Assembly: GCA_963755125.1 (NCBI GenBank)
Contig: CAVWIP010000015.1
Span: 256,001-320,000 of the forward strand
DNA length: 64,000 bases
Source: an uncultured delta proteobacterium
GTDB lineage: Bacteria; Myxococcota_A; Polyangia; Fen-1088
Direction of reading: 5' to 3'
Of the stretch, positions 39,796 to 50,694 are shown piece by piece. Positions within the stretch are counted from its first letter, which is position 1. Each line of letters begins with the position of its first letter. The notes under the pieces are model-generated. The model saw only the letters and a list, made by a program, of their open reading frames with translations. It was not told the DNA's origin and searched no databases. The position numbers and the translations under genes are program-made.

Positions 39796-39841
39796 TTGAC
39801 ACCTGTGCGGCTGGCGTATATCACTCTTACGTAAACGTAAG
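39796..39841 (+). promoter_or_regulatory. sigma70 promoter and palindromic operator of the MerR-isc operon
   Basis: TTGACA at 39796, TATCAC 17 bp later, then CTTACGT-AA-ACGTAAG at 39826-39841. Confidence 0.7.
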
Positions 39842-39850
39842 GGTCTGGTT

Positions 39851-40339
39851 GTGCCATCAGAAATTACAGCAGATACGCTATCTCTACTGAAAGTAGGTGA
39901 TATAGCGCGGCGAACCGGAAAGACCGTCCGGGCGATACACCTCTATGAAGAGCTGGGCCTGCTCAACCCGGCGGTGCGGTCCAAGGGCGGCTTTCGCATG
40001 TACCGGGGTGACGGGGTCAAGCGCATCGAGTGGATCCAGAAGCTGCAGGACATGGGCTTCTCACTGACCGAGATCAAGGTCTTCCTGCGCGTGTGGGAAG
40101 AGAGCGCCACCGCGCCCAAGGCGATGGCCACTGTGCGCGAGATCTTCACCGACAAATTGCGGGAGACGCGCGAGACCATTGCGCGCCTCACGCGCCTAGC
40201 CGACGAACTTTCCGAAAGCCTCGCCTTCCTCGAAGGCTGCCGTTCTTGCGATCAGGGTCAGCACCAGCGCGAGTGCGGCGGCTGCGGCCGATCGGACCAC
40301 GAAGTTCCCCTGCTGGTGGACGGAATCGCAAAGCGCTGA
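39851..40339 (+). CDS. MerR-family transcriptional regulator with C-terminal CxxC-x8-CxxC
   Basis: VGDIARRTGKTVRAIHLYEELGLL..GFRMY..GFSLTEIK, and CRSC..CGGC. Confidence 0.9.
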   Translation: MPSEITADTLSLLKVGDIARRTGKTVRAIHLYEELGLLNPAVRSKGGFRMYRGDGVKRIEWIQKLQDMGFSLTEIKVFLRVWEESATAPKAMATVREIFTDKLRETRETIARLTRLADELSESLAFLEGCRSCDQGQHQRECGGCGRSDHEVPLLVDGIAKR

Positions 40340-40342
40340 AGC

Positions 40343-41563
40343 ATGGCCCCCAAGCTTCCCATATACATGGACAATCACGCGACCACGCCGGTGGATGCGC
40401 GCGTGCTCGACGCCATGCTGCCCTACTTTCGTGGGGATTTCGGCAACGCCGCCAGCCGGTCGCATGTCTTCGGCTGGAACGCCGAACGGGCCGTGGAGCA
40501 GGCGCGCGAGCAGGTGGCGGCGGTCATCGGCGCCTCAGGGCGAGAGATCGTCTGGACCTCGGGCGCTACCGAATCAGACAACCTGGCGATCAAGGGTGCG
40601 GCCGAGTTCTATCGCGACCGGGGCAACCACATCATCACCGCTGTGACCGAGCACAAGGCCGTGCTCGACACATGCAAGCGGTTGGAGAAGTCAGGCTTCG
40701 AGGTGACCTACCTGCCGGTCGAGCGTGACGGCCGCGTGAACCCGCAGGCGGTGGCCAATGCCCTGACCGACCGGACCATTGTGGTTTCCATCATGCTGGC
40801 CAATAACGAGGTGGGCACCATCAATCCGGTGGCCGAGATCGGCCAGGTGGTGAAGGCGCGCGGGGCGGTGTTTCATATCGACGCGGTCCAGGGCGTGGGC
40901 AAGATTCCCTTCGACGTCGCCACCACACACGCCGATCTGGTTTCCCTGTCGGCGCACAAGATGTACGGCCCCAAGGGCGTGGGCGCGCTGTACGTGCGGC
41001 GCAAGCCGCGGGTGCGCATCACCCCCATCATCGACGGCGGCGGCCACGAGCGCGGCATGCGCTCGGGCACGCTCAACGTGCCGGGCATTGTCGGGTTCGG
41101 CAAGGCGGCGGAGATCAGCGCGGCCGAGATGGCAGAGGAGAGCAGGCGGCTGCTGGCGCTGCGCGAACGGCTGCGCCTGGGCATCGAAGCGCGGGTCAGC
41201 AACACTGTGTTGAACGGCTCGCTGGAGTACCGGCTGCCGGGCAGCCTGAACGTGAGCTTCGCCTACGTCGAAGGCGAGGCGCTGATGATGGCGCTCAAGG
41301 ACGTCGCGGTGTCATCGGGCTCGGCGTGTACGTCGGCTTCGCTGGAGCCGTCGTATGTCTTGCGCGCCATGGGCGTGCCCGTGGAGATGGCGCACACATC
41401 GATTCGCTTCGGTCTCGGTCGATTCAATACCGAGGAGGAAGTCGACTACGTGATCGATCTGGTGGCGCAAAAAGTTAAGAAACTCCGGGAAATGTCGCCT
41501 TTGTGGGAGATGGCGCAATCCGGAGTCGATATCAACGGCATCCAATGGGCAGGACAGCGTTAG
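40343..41563 (+). CDS. iscS: cysteine desulfurase IscS
   Basis: [36 protein letters not shown]. Confidence 0.97.
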   Translation: MAPKLPIYMDNHATTPVDARVLDAMLPYFRGDFGNAASRSHVFGWNAERAVEQAREQVAAVIGASGREIVWTSGATESDNLAIKGAAEFYRDRGNHIITAVTEHKAVLDTCKRLEKSGFEVTYLPVERDGRVNPQAVANALTDRTIVVSIMLANNEVGTINPVAEIGQVVKARGAVFHIDAVQGVGKIPFDVATTHADLVSLSAHKMYGPKGVGALYVRRKPRVRITPIIDGGGHERGMRSGTLNVPGIVGFGKAAEISAAEMAEESRRLLALRERLRLGIEARVSNTVLNGSLEYRLPGSLNVSFAYVEGEALMMALKDVAVSSGSACTSASLEPSYVLRAMGVPVEMAHTSIRFGLGRFNTEEEVDYVIDLVAQKVKKLREMSPLWEMAQSGVDINGIQWAGQR

Positions 41564-41596
41564 CGCAGTAGCGAGAAGTACAAGAGGTAAAGCATC

Positions 41597-42004
41597 ATGG
41601 CGTATAGCGGAAAAGTGATCGACCACTACGAGAACCCGCGCAACGTGGGCAGCCTGGACAAGGAGTCGCCCAAAGTGGGGACAGGGCTGGTGGGGGCGCC
41701 CGCCTGTGGCGACGTGATGAAGCTGCAGATCCAGGTGAGCGATTCGGGCGTCATCGAGGACGCCAAGTTCAAGACTTTCGGCTGCGGCTCGGCCATAGCG
41801 TCATCGTCACTGGCGACAGAATGGATCAAGGGTATGACTCTTGAGCAGGCCATGTCGGTCAGAAACACGCAGATCGTCCAGGAATTGAACCTGCCGCCGG
41901 TGAAGATTCACTGCTCGGTCTTGGCCGAGGACGCCATCAAGAGCGCGATTGCCGACTACCGCAGAAAGCAGCGCGGCTCGCAGGCCCAAGCAGGCCAAGC
42001 CTAG
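41597..42004 (+). CDS. iscU: Fe-S scaffold IscU
   Basis: GAPACGDVM, FGCGSAIAS, LPPVKIHC. Confidence 0.97.
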   Translation: MAYSGKVIDHYENPRNVGSLDKESPKVGTGLVGAPACGDVMKLQIQVSDSGVIEDAKFKTFGCGSAIASSSLATEWIKGMTLEQAMSVRNTQIVQELNLPPVKIHCSVLAEDAIKSAIADYRRKQRGSQAQAGQA

Positions 42005-42013
42005 GAGAGAAGC

Positions 42014-42349
42014 TTGTCTATCGAAGTCACAGAGCGAGCGGTCGAAGAAATCCGCAAGGCCGCGGCCAGGCGTCCCTCGCAGCCCAAGGGTCTGCGGGTG
42101 GGCATCCGCGGGGGCGGGTGCACGGGGTTTTCCTACCTGTTCGAGTGGTCGGACAGCGAGGCGCGGGCCGAGGACAAAGTGCTGGAGTTGGGGGGCGGTG
42201 CGGTCAAGGTCTTCGTCGATCCCAAGAGCTACCTGTTTCTCGACGGTTCGACCCTGGACTACGCCAGCAGCATGATGGCCCGCGGTTTCAAGTGGACCAA
42301 CCCCAATGTAAAGGGAACCTGCGGTTGCGGCGAGAGTGTACAATTCTAG
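42014..42349 (+). CDS. iscA: Fe-S carrier IscA
   Basis: GGGCTG, CGCGES. Confidence 0.93.
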   Translation: MSIEVTERAVEEIRKAAARRPSQPKGLRVGIRGGGCTGFSYLFEWSDSEARAEDKVLELGGGAVKVFVDPKSYLFLDGSTLDYASSMMARGFKWTNPNVKGTCGCGESVQF

Positions 42350-42356
42350 CCCAACC

Positions 42357-43004
42357 ATGATCTGCTGGTCCTGTGAGAAGAACCCTGGCGACGGCATGTT
42401 GTGTGCGGCGTGCGGGGCTGTGCAGCCCCCCGACCGCACGGCCGATTACTTTCGCGTGTTCAGCTTGCCCCGCAGGTTCGATGTGAACGTCGTCGATCTT
42501 GAACGCCGCTACAAGGAGATGACCAAGCTTCTGCACCCGGACCGCTTCGCGCGCGCGGACGGTCGGGCGCGGCGCGCGTCGCTGGAGCGGTCGGTGCAGC
42601 TCAACCTCGCGTGGCGAATCTTGTCCCAGCCGGTGTCCCGCGCGGAGTATCTGCTGTCGCTGGAGGGCGTCGAGGTGGGCGAGCCCGCAGGCAGCAAGAG
42701 TTCCGGGGAGGCCGACAGCCGGGCGACCCAGCCCGTGGACACGGCGCTGCTGGTCGAGGTGATGGAGTTGCGCGAGGGCCTGGCCGAGGCGCGCGCTCGC
42801 GGCGACGGCGCAAAGGTCGCCAGCCTGGTCGCCGGCGTGCAGGCTCGCCACGACAAGGAAATGGCGGAGGTGGCCGCGGATTTCTCAGCCGCGCGACCGA
42901 ACCTCGGCGTGATCGCCGCGCGCCTGGTGGCCGCGCGCTACTACCGGCGTTTTCTCGAGGAGGCGCAGGCCGATCGGGAACGCGAAGGGCACGCGGACAA
43001 ATAG
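42357..43004 (+). CDS. hscB: co-chaperone HscB with N-terminal Cys motif
   Basis: CWSC..CAAC..Q, HPD J-domain motif. Confidence 0.93.
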   Translation: MICWSCEKNPGDGMLCAACGAVQPPDRTADYFRVFSLPRRFDVNVVDLERRYKEMTKLLHPDRFARADGRARRASLERSVQLNLAWRILSQPVSRAEYLLSLEGVEVGEPAGSKSSGEADSRATQPVDTALLVEVMELREGLAEARARGDGAKVASLVAGVQARHDKEMAEVAADFSAARPNLGVIAARLVAARYYRRFLEEAQADREREGHADK

Positions 43005-43019
43005 GCCGCGGAATTCGGC

Positions 43020-44930
43020 ATGCCGGTAGAGGCGCTGTTCGACATTTCCGAGCCGGGCGAGGCGCGGAGCAAAGAAGTCTGCAAGGGGCGCGCGGTGGGC
43101 ATCGACCTCGGCACCACCAATTCGCTGGTGGCGGTGGTGCAGGCTGGCCAGCCGACTTGCCTGCGCGACGAGCACGGCTCGCTCTTGCCGTCGGTGGTGC
43201 ACTATGCGACCGACGGCGCCGTGGTGGTGGGCCGGGCGGCGCGCGGGTTGGCGGCTCAGGCGCCGCAGGACACCATCGCCTCGGTCAAGCGATTCATGGG
43301 CCGCGGGCCCCGTGACGCCGAGGCCACGCGCCGCTTGACTCCATACCAGTTCGCGCCGGGAGGGGAGAGTGAGGCGGTGGTTCGCTTTTCGCTGCTGAAC
43401 GGCCGGCGCGCGGTCACGCCGGTGGAAGTTTCGTCCGAGATCTTGCGCGTGCTCAAGGCGCGCGCCGAGGTGGCGCTCGGCGGTGATCTCGACGGCGCGG
43501 TCATCACGGTGCCCGCCTATTTCGACGACGGTCAGCGCCAGGCCACGCGCGACGCCGGCCGCCTGGCAGGTCTGGAAGTCATGCGCCTGCTCAACGAGCC
43601 CACGGCCGCAGCGCTGGCCTATGGCCTGGACAAGCAGGCCGAGGGAACCTTCGCCGTGTTCGATCTGGGCGGCGGTACGTTCGACATCTCGATCTTGAAA
43701 CTGGAAGGCGGCGTGTTCGAGGTGAAGTCCACCGGGGGCGATTCGGCTCTGGGTGGCGATGATTTCGATCGCGCTCTTGCGGTGCATCTGCTGCGGCAGA
43801 TGGGCTTGTCCGAGGATGCGGCCGGCGACCGTCACCTGATTCGCCGGGTGCTGGATGCGGCACGGGACGCGAAGGAGGCACTGACCAAGCTCGACGCGAC
43901 CGAGGTCGTCGTCGAGCGGCGGCCGGGTGATATGTGGCGCGGAGAGATCACGCGCGAGGAGCTGGATGCGGTGGTGAGGCCGGTTCTGGATCGGTGCGAG
44001 CCCCCTGTGCGCCGGGCGTTGCGCGACGCCGGTCTGGAGGCGAAGCAACTTTCCGGCGTGATCCTGGTGGGAGGCGCTACCCGCATGCCCATAGTGCGGC
44101 GGCTGGTTGCCAGCATGTTCGGGCGCGAGCCTTTGGCCGACATCGATCCCGACGAGGTGGTGGCTCTCGGCGCGGCGGTGCAGGCCGACCTGCTGGCGGG
44201 CAACGCGCGCAAGGATGTGGTGCTGATGGACGTGGTGCCGCTCTCTCTCGGCCTGGAGATGATGGGCGGAGTGGTGGAGAAGCTGATCCATCGCAACACC
44301 ACCGTGCCTTGCGGCGCCGTGCAGGCCTTCACCACCTACGCCGACAACCAGACCGGTTTCGATCTGCATGTGGTGCAGGGCGAGCGTGAGCTGGTGGCAG
44401 ACTGCCGCTCGCTGGCGCGCTTCAAGTTGACCGGGATTCCGCCCATGCCAGCGGGCATGGCGCGCCTGCAAGTCACTTTTCTGGTCGACGCCGACGGCCT
44501 TCTCGGCGTGTCTGCGCGCGAAGAGACAACCGGCAAGGAATCATCGATCCGGGTCAAGCCGAGCTACGGCCTCACCGACGACGAGGTCGAGCGCATGATT
44601 CGGGATTCCTTCGCCCATGCCGAGCAGGACGTGGGCGAGCGCCTGCTGGCGGTGGAGCGGGTGGAGGCGGACCGCATCCTGCATGCGACACGCGCGGCCT
44701 TGGCTGCGTCGGCCGATCTGCTGGTCGAGGGTGAGCGGGCTGCCATCGAGGCGGCGGTGGGCGCACTGGAGACGAGCAAGGCGGGGCGCGACCATCTTGC
44801 CATCCGGGCGGCGATTGCCGCGCTGGACGCGGCCTCCAAGGACTTCGCCACCCGTCGCATGAACCAGGCCTTGCAGCAGGGGCTGCGTGGTCAGGACATC
44901 GGCGCGGTGGAAAGCAAGGTGGGAAAGTAG
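43020..44930 (+). CDS. hscA: Fe-S chaperone HscA
   Basis: [30 protein letters not shown], within the isc operon. Confidence 0.95.
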   Translation: MPVEALFDISEPGEARSKEVCKGRAVGIDLGTTNSLVAVVQAGQPTCLRDEHGSLLPSVVHYATDGAVVVGRAARGLAAQAPQDTIASVKRFMGRGPRDAEATRRLTPYQFAPGGESEAVVRFSLLNGRRAVTPVEVSSEILRVLKARAEVALGGDLDGAVITVPAYFDDGQRQATRDAGRLAGLEVMRLLNEPTAAALAYGLDKQAEGTFAVFDLGGGTFDISILKLEGGVFEVKSTGGDSALGGDDFDRALAVHLLRQMGLSEDAAGDRHLIRRVLDAARDAKEALTKLDATEVVVERRPGDMWRGEITREELDAVVRPVLDRCEPPVRRALRDAGLEAKQLSGVILVGGATRMPIVRRLVASMFGREPLADIDPDEVVALGAAVQADLLAGNARKDVVLMDVVPLSLGLEMMGGVVEKLIHRNTTVPCGAVQAFTTYADNQTGFDLHVVQGERELVADCRSLARFKLTGIPPMPAGMARLQVTFLVDADGLLGVSAREETTGKESSIRVKPSYGLTDDEVERMIRDSFAHAEQDVGERLLAVERVEADRILHATRAALAASADLLVEGERAAIEAAVGALETSKAGRDHLAIRAAIAALDAASKDFATRRMNQALQQGLRGQDIGAVESKVGK

Positions 44931-44933
44931 CCC

Positions 44934-45275
44934 GTGCCGAGGGTTCGCTTCGAGCCTGACGGCGTCGAGATCGAGGTTCCACTGGGCACGACCATCCTGC
45001 AAGCCGCGGAGCAGGTAGGGGCGCGCCTCGGATCGGCCTGCGGCGGCGTGTGCGCCTGCTCGACCTGCCACGTCTACGTCGACGAGGGACTGGACGGTCT
45101 GTCAGAAATGGAGGACGACGAAGAAGACATTCTGGACAAGGCATTTGACGTGCGTCGCAACTCACGCCTTGCCTGCCAGGCCCGCTTGCAGAGAGAGGGC
45201 CGCACCGTCGTCACAGTTAGCCCCGCCAGTCGCCAGACGTTTTTCGACGAGCACCCGGAGGTGCGCGAGCGGTAG
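44934..45275 (+). CDS. fdx: 2Fe-2S ferredoxin (ISC)
   Basis: CGGVCACSTCH, SRLACQ. Confidence 0.93.
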   Translation: MPRVRFEPDGVEIEVPLGTTILQAAEQVGARLGSACGGVCACSTCHVYVDEGLDGLSEMEDDEEDILDKAFDVRRNSRLACQARLQREGRTVVTVSPASRQTFFDEHPEVRER

Positions 45276-47354
45276 TTATTCGTCTTCTTCGGCCGCGACC
45301 TTGGCGTCGGCCACTACCTTTTCCATCAGGTTGTTGGGCAGTTCGTCGTAGTGCGAGAACTCGAGAGTGAACGAGCCGCGACCGCCGGTCATCGATCGCA
45401 GATCGGACGAGTACTTGAGGGTCTCGGACATGGGCACGTGCGCGCGGATGACTTGATCCTTGCCGTTGGATTCCATGCCCTCGACCCGACCGCGGCGCTG
45501 ATTGAGATCGCCGATGACGTCGCCCATGCAGTCGTCCGGGCAGGTGACCTGGATCTTCATGATGGGCTCGAGCAGACATGGCTTGGCCAGCTTGAAGGCG
45601 GCCTGGAAGCCCTTGGATCCCGCGATTTCGAAGGAACGCGAGTCCGAGTCCACGTCATGGTACTTGCCGTCGAACAGGCGCACCTTGACGTCGGTCACGC
45701 GATAGCCGGCGACAACCCCCTTGGCCATACGGGTGCGCATCCCCTTCTCGATGGCCGGAATGAACTGGCGGGGCACGGCGCCGCCCACGATGGCGTCCTC
45801 GAACTCGAAGCCGCTGCCGCGGGGCAGGGGCGAGATGTCGATGTAGCAGACGCCAAACTGGCCGCGTCCGCCGGTCTGCTTCTTGTGTTTGCCTTCGACG
45901 TTCTTGGCCGTGCCCTTGATGGTCTCGAGGTAAGGGATCTTGGGCGGCAAGAGATCGACCTCGACGCCCATGCGGTGCAGGCGATCGACGGTGGCCTCGA
46001 TGTGCAACTGGCCGGTGCCCCCGATCAAGATCGCCTTGGACTGGGCATCGTGACTGACTTTGATGGCCACGTCCGAGTCGATGATTTCGTTCAGCTTGAC
46101 GGCGACCTTGTCCTCGTCGCCCTTGGTCTTGGGTTGCAGGGCGTAGGTGATGAGCGGCGCGGGAATCACCGGCCTGGGCAGGGCGAAAAGCGCCCGCTCG
46201 TCGGCCAGGGTGTCGCCGGTCTTGGTGGTCTTCAGCTTGGCCACGGCAACGATGTCGCCGGCGAAGGCCTCGGCGACCTGGTCGCGCGCCTTGCCCTGCA
46301 GAACGTAGAGCTGCCCCAGGCGTTCCTTGGAATCGTGGTTGACCGAGATCAAGGTGGCGTCGCCGGTCAGCTTTCCCGAAAGCACCCGCATAAGCGAGAG
46401 GCGGCCGATGTCCGAGCTGCAGGTTTTCCACACGTAGGCGGCCACCGGTGCCGCGGGATCAGCGGTGCGTTCGGCCGGCTGCTCGCCCGCCGTGCCCTTC
46501 CAGGCCGGCCGGTCGGTGGGCGCTGGGAAGCAGTCGACGATGAAATCGAGCAGGGGCTGGATGCCGAGGCACACGCCGGGCGCAGCGGCCAACACGGGCA
46601 CGACGGCTTGCCGTCGCACGCCCGCGACCAGACCCCGGCGCGCCTCTTCGTCGGTCAGGGTGCCGGTCTCCAGGTACTTCTCCACCAGGGCGTCGTCGGC
46701 CGAGGCGATGGCTTCCAGCAGAGCCTCGCGCGCCTTCTTCGCCGCGTCGACCATGTCAGACGGGATCTCGCCCTCTTTCACGTCGCGCCCTTCATTGGAA
46801 AAGCGGAACGCCTTCATGGAGAGCAGGTCCACCACGCCCTCGAAGTTGGCTTCTTGACCGATGGGGAGTTGCAGCGCCACGGCCTTGCTGGACAAGGTTT
46901 CGCGCACGTCATCCAGCGCTTGCTGGAAATCGGCGCGCTCGCGGTCCAGCTTGGAGATGAGCACGCAGCGGGCCAGCCCGAGTTCGTCACACATGGCCCA
47001 GGTTCGTTCCGTGTAGACCTGCACGCCGTCGTTGGCGGACACCACCACCACGGCCGCGTCGGCAACATCGAGGGTGATGCGCGTGTCGACCAGGAAGTTT
47101 CCGTTGCCGGACGTGTCAAGGATGTTAATTTTGTTCTTCTTCCACTCCACGTGGCCCGCAGCGGCGAAGATGCTGGTCTTGCGCTTTTGCTCCTCGGGCT
47201 CGAAGTCGAAGTTCGACGTGTCGTCGTCGACCCTTCCTAGCCGCTGGGTCGACTTGGTCGAGAAGAGAATGGCCTCGCCCAGCGTGGTTTTGCCGGCGCC
47301 GCCGTGGCCGACCAGTGCAACGTTTCGGATCTCGTTCGCCGCGTAGCTCTTCAT
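45276..47354 (-). CDS. fusA: elongation factor G (second, EF-G2-like copy)
   Basis: GHGGAGKTT, KKQTGGRGQFG, YHDVDS, LRSMTGGRG. Not in a str operon. Confidence 0.9.
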   Translation of the reverse strand: MKSYAANEIRNVALVGHGGAGKTTLGEAILFSTKSTQRLGRVDDDTSNFDFEPEEQKRKTSIFAAAGHVEWKKNKINILDTSGNGNFLVDTRITLDVADAAVVVVSANDGVQVYTERTWAMCDELGLARCVLISKLDRERADFQQALDDVRETLSSKAVALQLPIGQEANFEGVVDLLSMKAFRFSNEGRDVKEGEIPSDMVDAAKKAREALLEAIASADDALVEKYLETGTLTDEEARRGLVAGVRRQAVVPVLAAAPGVCLGIQPLLDFIVDCFPAPTDRPAWKGTAGEQPAERTADPAAPVAAYVWKTCSSDIGRLSLMRVLSGKLTGDATLISVNHDSKERLGQLYVLQGKARDQVAEAFAGDIVAVAKLKTTKTGDTLADERALFALPRPVIPAPLITYALQPKTKGDEDKVAVKLNEIIDSDVAIKVSHDAQSKAILIGGTGQLHIEATVDRLHRMGVEVDLLPPKIPYLETIKGTAKNVEGKHKKQTGGRGQFGVCYIDISPLPRGSGFEFEDAIVGGAVPRQFIPAIEKGMRTRMAKGVVAGYRVTDVKVRLFDGKYHDVDSDSRSFEIAGSKGFQAAFKLAKPCLLEPIMKIQVTCPDDCMGDVIGDLNQRRGRVEGMESNGKDQVIRAHVPMSETLKYSSDLRSMTGGRGSFTLEFSHYDELPNNLMEKVVADAKVAAEEDE

Positions 47355-47505
47355 GCATGACCCCTTCAGATGAATCGCGACCGCCCTTCCACCGTCCCCG
47401 GAGTCTGGCGCTTATAAATCACCTGACCGAGGAAGTCGAGGCGGTCATTCGCTCCACCTGCACCTCATTCGGGACGCGGCGCGATGGCGGCGGGAAACCG
47501 GCTGG

Positions 47506-47670
47506 TCAGTTCTGGGTGGGATCCAGGACGCGGCCCATGAAGAGGATGGCGCCGGTGGGCTGGTCACGATTCGACCTGAGCGAACTGGCCCGCATCCGGC
47601 ACAACCACCAGCAGAGAAAGGTTGGCGTCGGCGTAGGGCAGGGCGGCGGCCACAAGGTTCGTCCCTTGCA
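47506..47670 (-). pseudogene. serpin remnant with internal deletion
   Basis: Hand translation: ALPYADANLSLLVVVPDAGQFAQVE joined out of frame to RDQPTGAILFMGRVLDP*. Confidence 0.75.
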
Positions 47671-47928
47671 CCGTATTCTGAGGCTGCGTGGGCGGCTCGG
47701 TCGCAGTCAGCGCGAATGGTGCATTGAAGCATGGGTCTGGCGACAGTCATCCGTGGCGATGGCAGTGGCGATGCGGCATCCTGTGGCGGCTTCCGGCATC
47801 AAAGGAAATGGATGAAAGGCCAGTTCCGCAAGAGCTGCGTTTCCCGAGGCCCTTGTTCTTGAGGGACAGGCGGGCTGGCGACTGTCTGGGCCACTGGAAG
47901 CCAACAACGTTCGCGATAGGAGAGCAAC

Positions 47929-48915
47929 ATGGCAGACCTACGAACCACGTACATGGGTGTCCCCCTAGCGAATCCGATCGTGGTGGGATCCTCTTCACTG
48001 TCGAAATCGATCGACAACATCAAGAGACTCGAGCAGGCGGGGGCCGGCGGCCTCGTGGTCAAGTCGCTCTTCGAGGAGCAGGTTCAGTTGGAGGAGGAGG
48101 AGTTCCGCACGCGCCTAGGGGACCTTGAACCCGGCTTCGCCGAAGCGGTCAGCATGTTTCCCAAGCTGGAACACGGCGGGCCCAAGCAGCACCTGTACTG
48201 GGTCGAGCAAGCGCGCAAGGCGGTCAAGATGCCCCTCTTTGCCAGCCTCAATTGCGTCAGTCGGCTGGCGTGGGGCGACTATGCCAAGCAACTCGAAGGC
48301 ACGGGCGTGAGCGGACTCGAACTCAACTTCTACTCGCCCGCGATTGATCCCGAGGTTGCTGCCAGCGACATCGAGCGACGCGAGATTTCCATCCTGGAGC
48401 GCGTGCGCGCTTCGATCAAGATCCCCATCGCGGTCAAGCTTCATCCTCACTACACCAGCCTGATGAACGTGGTGTCCCGTATGGAAACCACCGGCGCCAA
48501 CGCCTTCGTGCTCTTCAACCGTTTGCTCCAGCCTGACATCGATCCAGAGACTCTGACTCGGCATTCCTCGGTCAGCCTCAGTTCTCCCAGCGAGTCCCTG
48601 CTCCCGTTGCGCTGGGTTGCCATGCTTCACGACCGGGTCAAGGCCGACCTGATCGCCACCACCGGGATCTGGACTGGGCACGATGTGGCCAAGATGGTGC
48701 TGGTGGGCGCCAAGGCGGTCCAAGTGGTCAGCGCGCTATATCGCGAGCAGCCTGGCCACATCCAGAAGATGCTCGGCGAGCTGGCGAGCTGGATGGATGC
48801 CCACGGCTTCGCGACGCTGGACGCGTTCCGCGGCAAGCTGGGCCAGAAGCAAGGCGTGGACGCCTGGTCCTTCGCGCGCGGCCAGTACATCAAGGCGCTG
48901 GTCGGCGTGGATTAG
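47929..48915 (+). CDS. dihydroorotate dehydrogenase-like protein
   Basis: LRTTYMG..NPI, KSLFEEQ, LELN, AVKL, LFNR, LRWVA. AGGAGA RBS. Confidence 0.9.
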   Translation: MADLRTTYMGVPLANPIVVGSSSLSKSIDNIKRLEQAGAGGLVVKSLFEEQVQLEEEEFRTRLGDLEPGFAEAVSMFPKLEHGGPKQHLYWVEQARKAVKMPLFASLNCVSRLAWGDYAKQLEGTGVSGLELNFYSPAIDPEVAASDIERREISILERVRASIKIPIAVKLHPHYTSLMNVVSRMETTGANAFVLFNRLLQPDIDPETLTRHSSVSLSSPSESLLPLRWVAMLHDRVKADLIATTGIWTGHDVAKMVLVGAKAVQVVSALYREQPGHIQKMLGELASWMDAHGFATLDAFRGKLGQKQGVDAWSFARGQYIKALVGVD

Positions 48916-49123
48916 CGGTTCCCGGGGCCGGATTCGGTTCCCAATCCGGGACCGGCTGTCGGAGCCGGTTCCGGCCGCCGGCTCCCGCCTCCGGACCCCC
49001 CTGCAGGGACTTCGGGACCTGCCACCCACTCTGCCCACCCCGCGCGCTTCGCGCGCGCCCTTGCCGCTGCCGTCAACCCGGACGCCTGTTTGCGTCTCCG
49101 CTTGATGCCTGCGAGAGTGAGTC

Positions 49124-50692
49124 ATGCGGATTTCCGACCACTCTGCCGGCCGGCCCCTGGCACCCGAGGAGCGCCGCTACCTGGAGAGCGTGTTGCGCGC
49201 CGAGAACGCGAGCGTGAGCGCCCTGGGGTGCTTCTTCTTGGTGCTCATCCTGGAGACGGTTCTGATAAGCACCTTGACCATCGCCGAGAGCGCGCACGAT
49301 CGCTGGGCGATGGTGGTCCTGATGTTGGTGGTTGGTGGGGCGTTCTCGCTCATGCCGCTCTACGCCCGCAAGCGTCGAGCGCGACGGCTGGAGGATACCG
49401 AGGTCGTCACCATCTCGGGTAAGCTACGGCGGCGCTCGCGCGGCGAAGTGTTGGGGGGCCGCCGGCCTTTTCCGGTGGCCTGGCCCGTGTCCATCGGCCC
49501 GCACCCGGTTCGCTTCCCACGCCATTGGGCGAAGAAGTACCCGGATGGCAGCACGCTCACCGTCGAGGTGTTCCCGTTTCCCGAACGCGCTCCCGACTCG
49601 TTCGTCGACATCATGGCCACCACGGAGGAGCGCTCGTCCTTCGTGCTGGCGGTGCCAGGCGAGCGCTCGATTGTGCGCGAGGTGGCCGCAGGGCTGCTGC
49701 AGGTGCGTCCGGTGGCGCCGCCGGTCCTCTCCCTGGTCCTCGGACTACTGGCCGGCGCAGGTTTTGTCGGCATCGCCTCGACCAATTTCTTCCTGGCCCC
49801 CGGCTACCTGCTCAACGTCGCCCGCAACGACCATGGCCGGCGTCACGATTTCGCCAACGTGGCCGCGGCCTGCGCCGACAACCCCGGGGTGGGCCGCTTT
49901 CTCAGCATCGAGGCAGCATGGCTCAACCCGAATGACTGCCTGGTCAACGTCTTGCCAGGAGACGTCGCATCGCTTGCGACCGTGCGCGAGCAACTCAAGG
50001 GGCGCATCGCGCACGTGCGCGAAGTCAAGCGGGCACTCGCCGAACCGCCGACGCCGGCCCGCGCACTCGATGAGAAGGCGCGGAAGGACCTGGAAGACTC
50101 AGCGCTGGGATTGATGGTGCTTGCCGAAACCGCTCGCAGAAAGCAGGCGGAAGCTGGTTCAGCGGGCGGGGCGATGACGACCGCCGACGTCAATCAAGCC
50201 GCCACTCACGTGCTTGGCCGCATCCTCGGCCCGCAGAAGATTGCGACCGATCCGATGGCCGAGTACCGCGCCTATGGGGGGATCTGCGAGTTCATCAAGG
50301 GAGAGCTTTTTCGCATTTTCGATGCGCAGTGCAGGCGAGGGCTGAGCGTCGCCAGCGCACACGACAACTCTCCATCGGTCTGCTGGCAAGGCGAGGACGT
50401 GGCGAGCGGTCGAGCCGAGAGGGCGCTTGACGCCATCGCCGCGGACATGCAGCGAGCCCCGCACTACCAGGGCATCATTACCCAGGCCACCGAGAGCGAT
50501 CGGCCGTGGCGGCAAATCCATCTCCGGTGGCGCCACCACCGGGCGTGGCTGGTGACGGCTGTTGCCTTGTACGCCGGCATCGGGCTGGTCTTGCTGGTGC
50601 TGCTCGCCCGGGCGCTCGCGACGCTGGAGAATCTGCTGGTCTGGCGGCGGCTGGCGAAATGCAGCAAGGTCGACGAGGCGCTCTGGAAGTGA
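49124..50692 (+). CDS. membrane protein, hypothetical
   Basis: 522-aa ORF with about four TM segments. Confidence 0.65.
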   Translation: MRISDHSAGRPLAPEERRYLESVLRAENASVSALGCFFLVLILETVLISTLTIAESAHDRWAMVVLMLVVGGAFSLMPLYARKRRARRLEDTEVVTISGKLRRRSRGEVLGGRRPFPVAWPVSIGPHPVRFPRHWAKKYPDGSTLTVEVFPFPERAPDSFVDIMATTEERSSFVLAVPGERSIVREVAAGLLQVRPVAPPVLSLVLGLLAGAGFVGIASTNFFLAPGYLLNVARNDHGRRHDFANVAAACADNPGVGRFLSIEAAWLNPNDCLVNVLPGDVASLATVREQLKGRIAHVREVKRALAEPPTPARALDEKARKDLEDSALGLMVLAETARRKQAEAGSAGGAMTTADVNQAATHVLGRILGPQKIATDPMAEYRAYGGICEFIKGELFRIFDAQCRRGLSVASAHDNSPSVCWQGEDVASGRAERALDAIAADMQRAPHYQGIITQATESDRPWRQIHLRWRHHRAWLVTAVALYAGIGLVLLVLLARALATLENLLVWRRLAKCSKVDEALWK

Positions 50693-50694
50693 GA

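Noticed and set aside
45351..47240. Long antisense ORFs (also 26253-27752, 42885-44471, 51683-54288, 57228-59760)
   Set aside because: These are high-GC shadow frames opposite well-supported genes.
47700..47925. Riboswitch upstream of the DHOD-like gene
   Set aside because: Only a GCCACTG word is present. The other cobalamin-riboswitch core motifs were not found. An Rfam scan would settle it.
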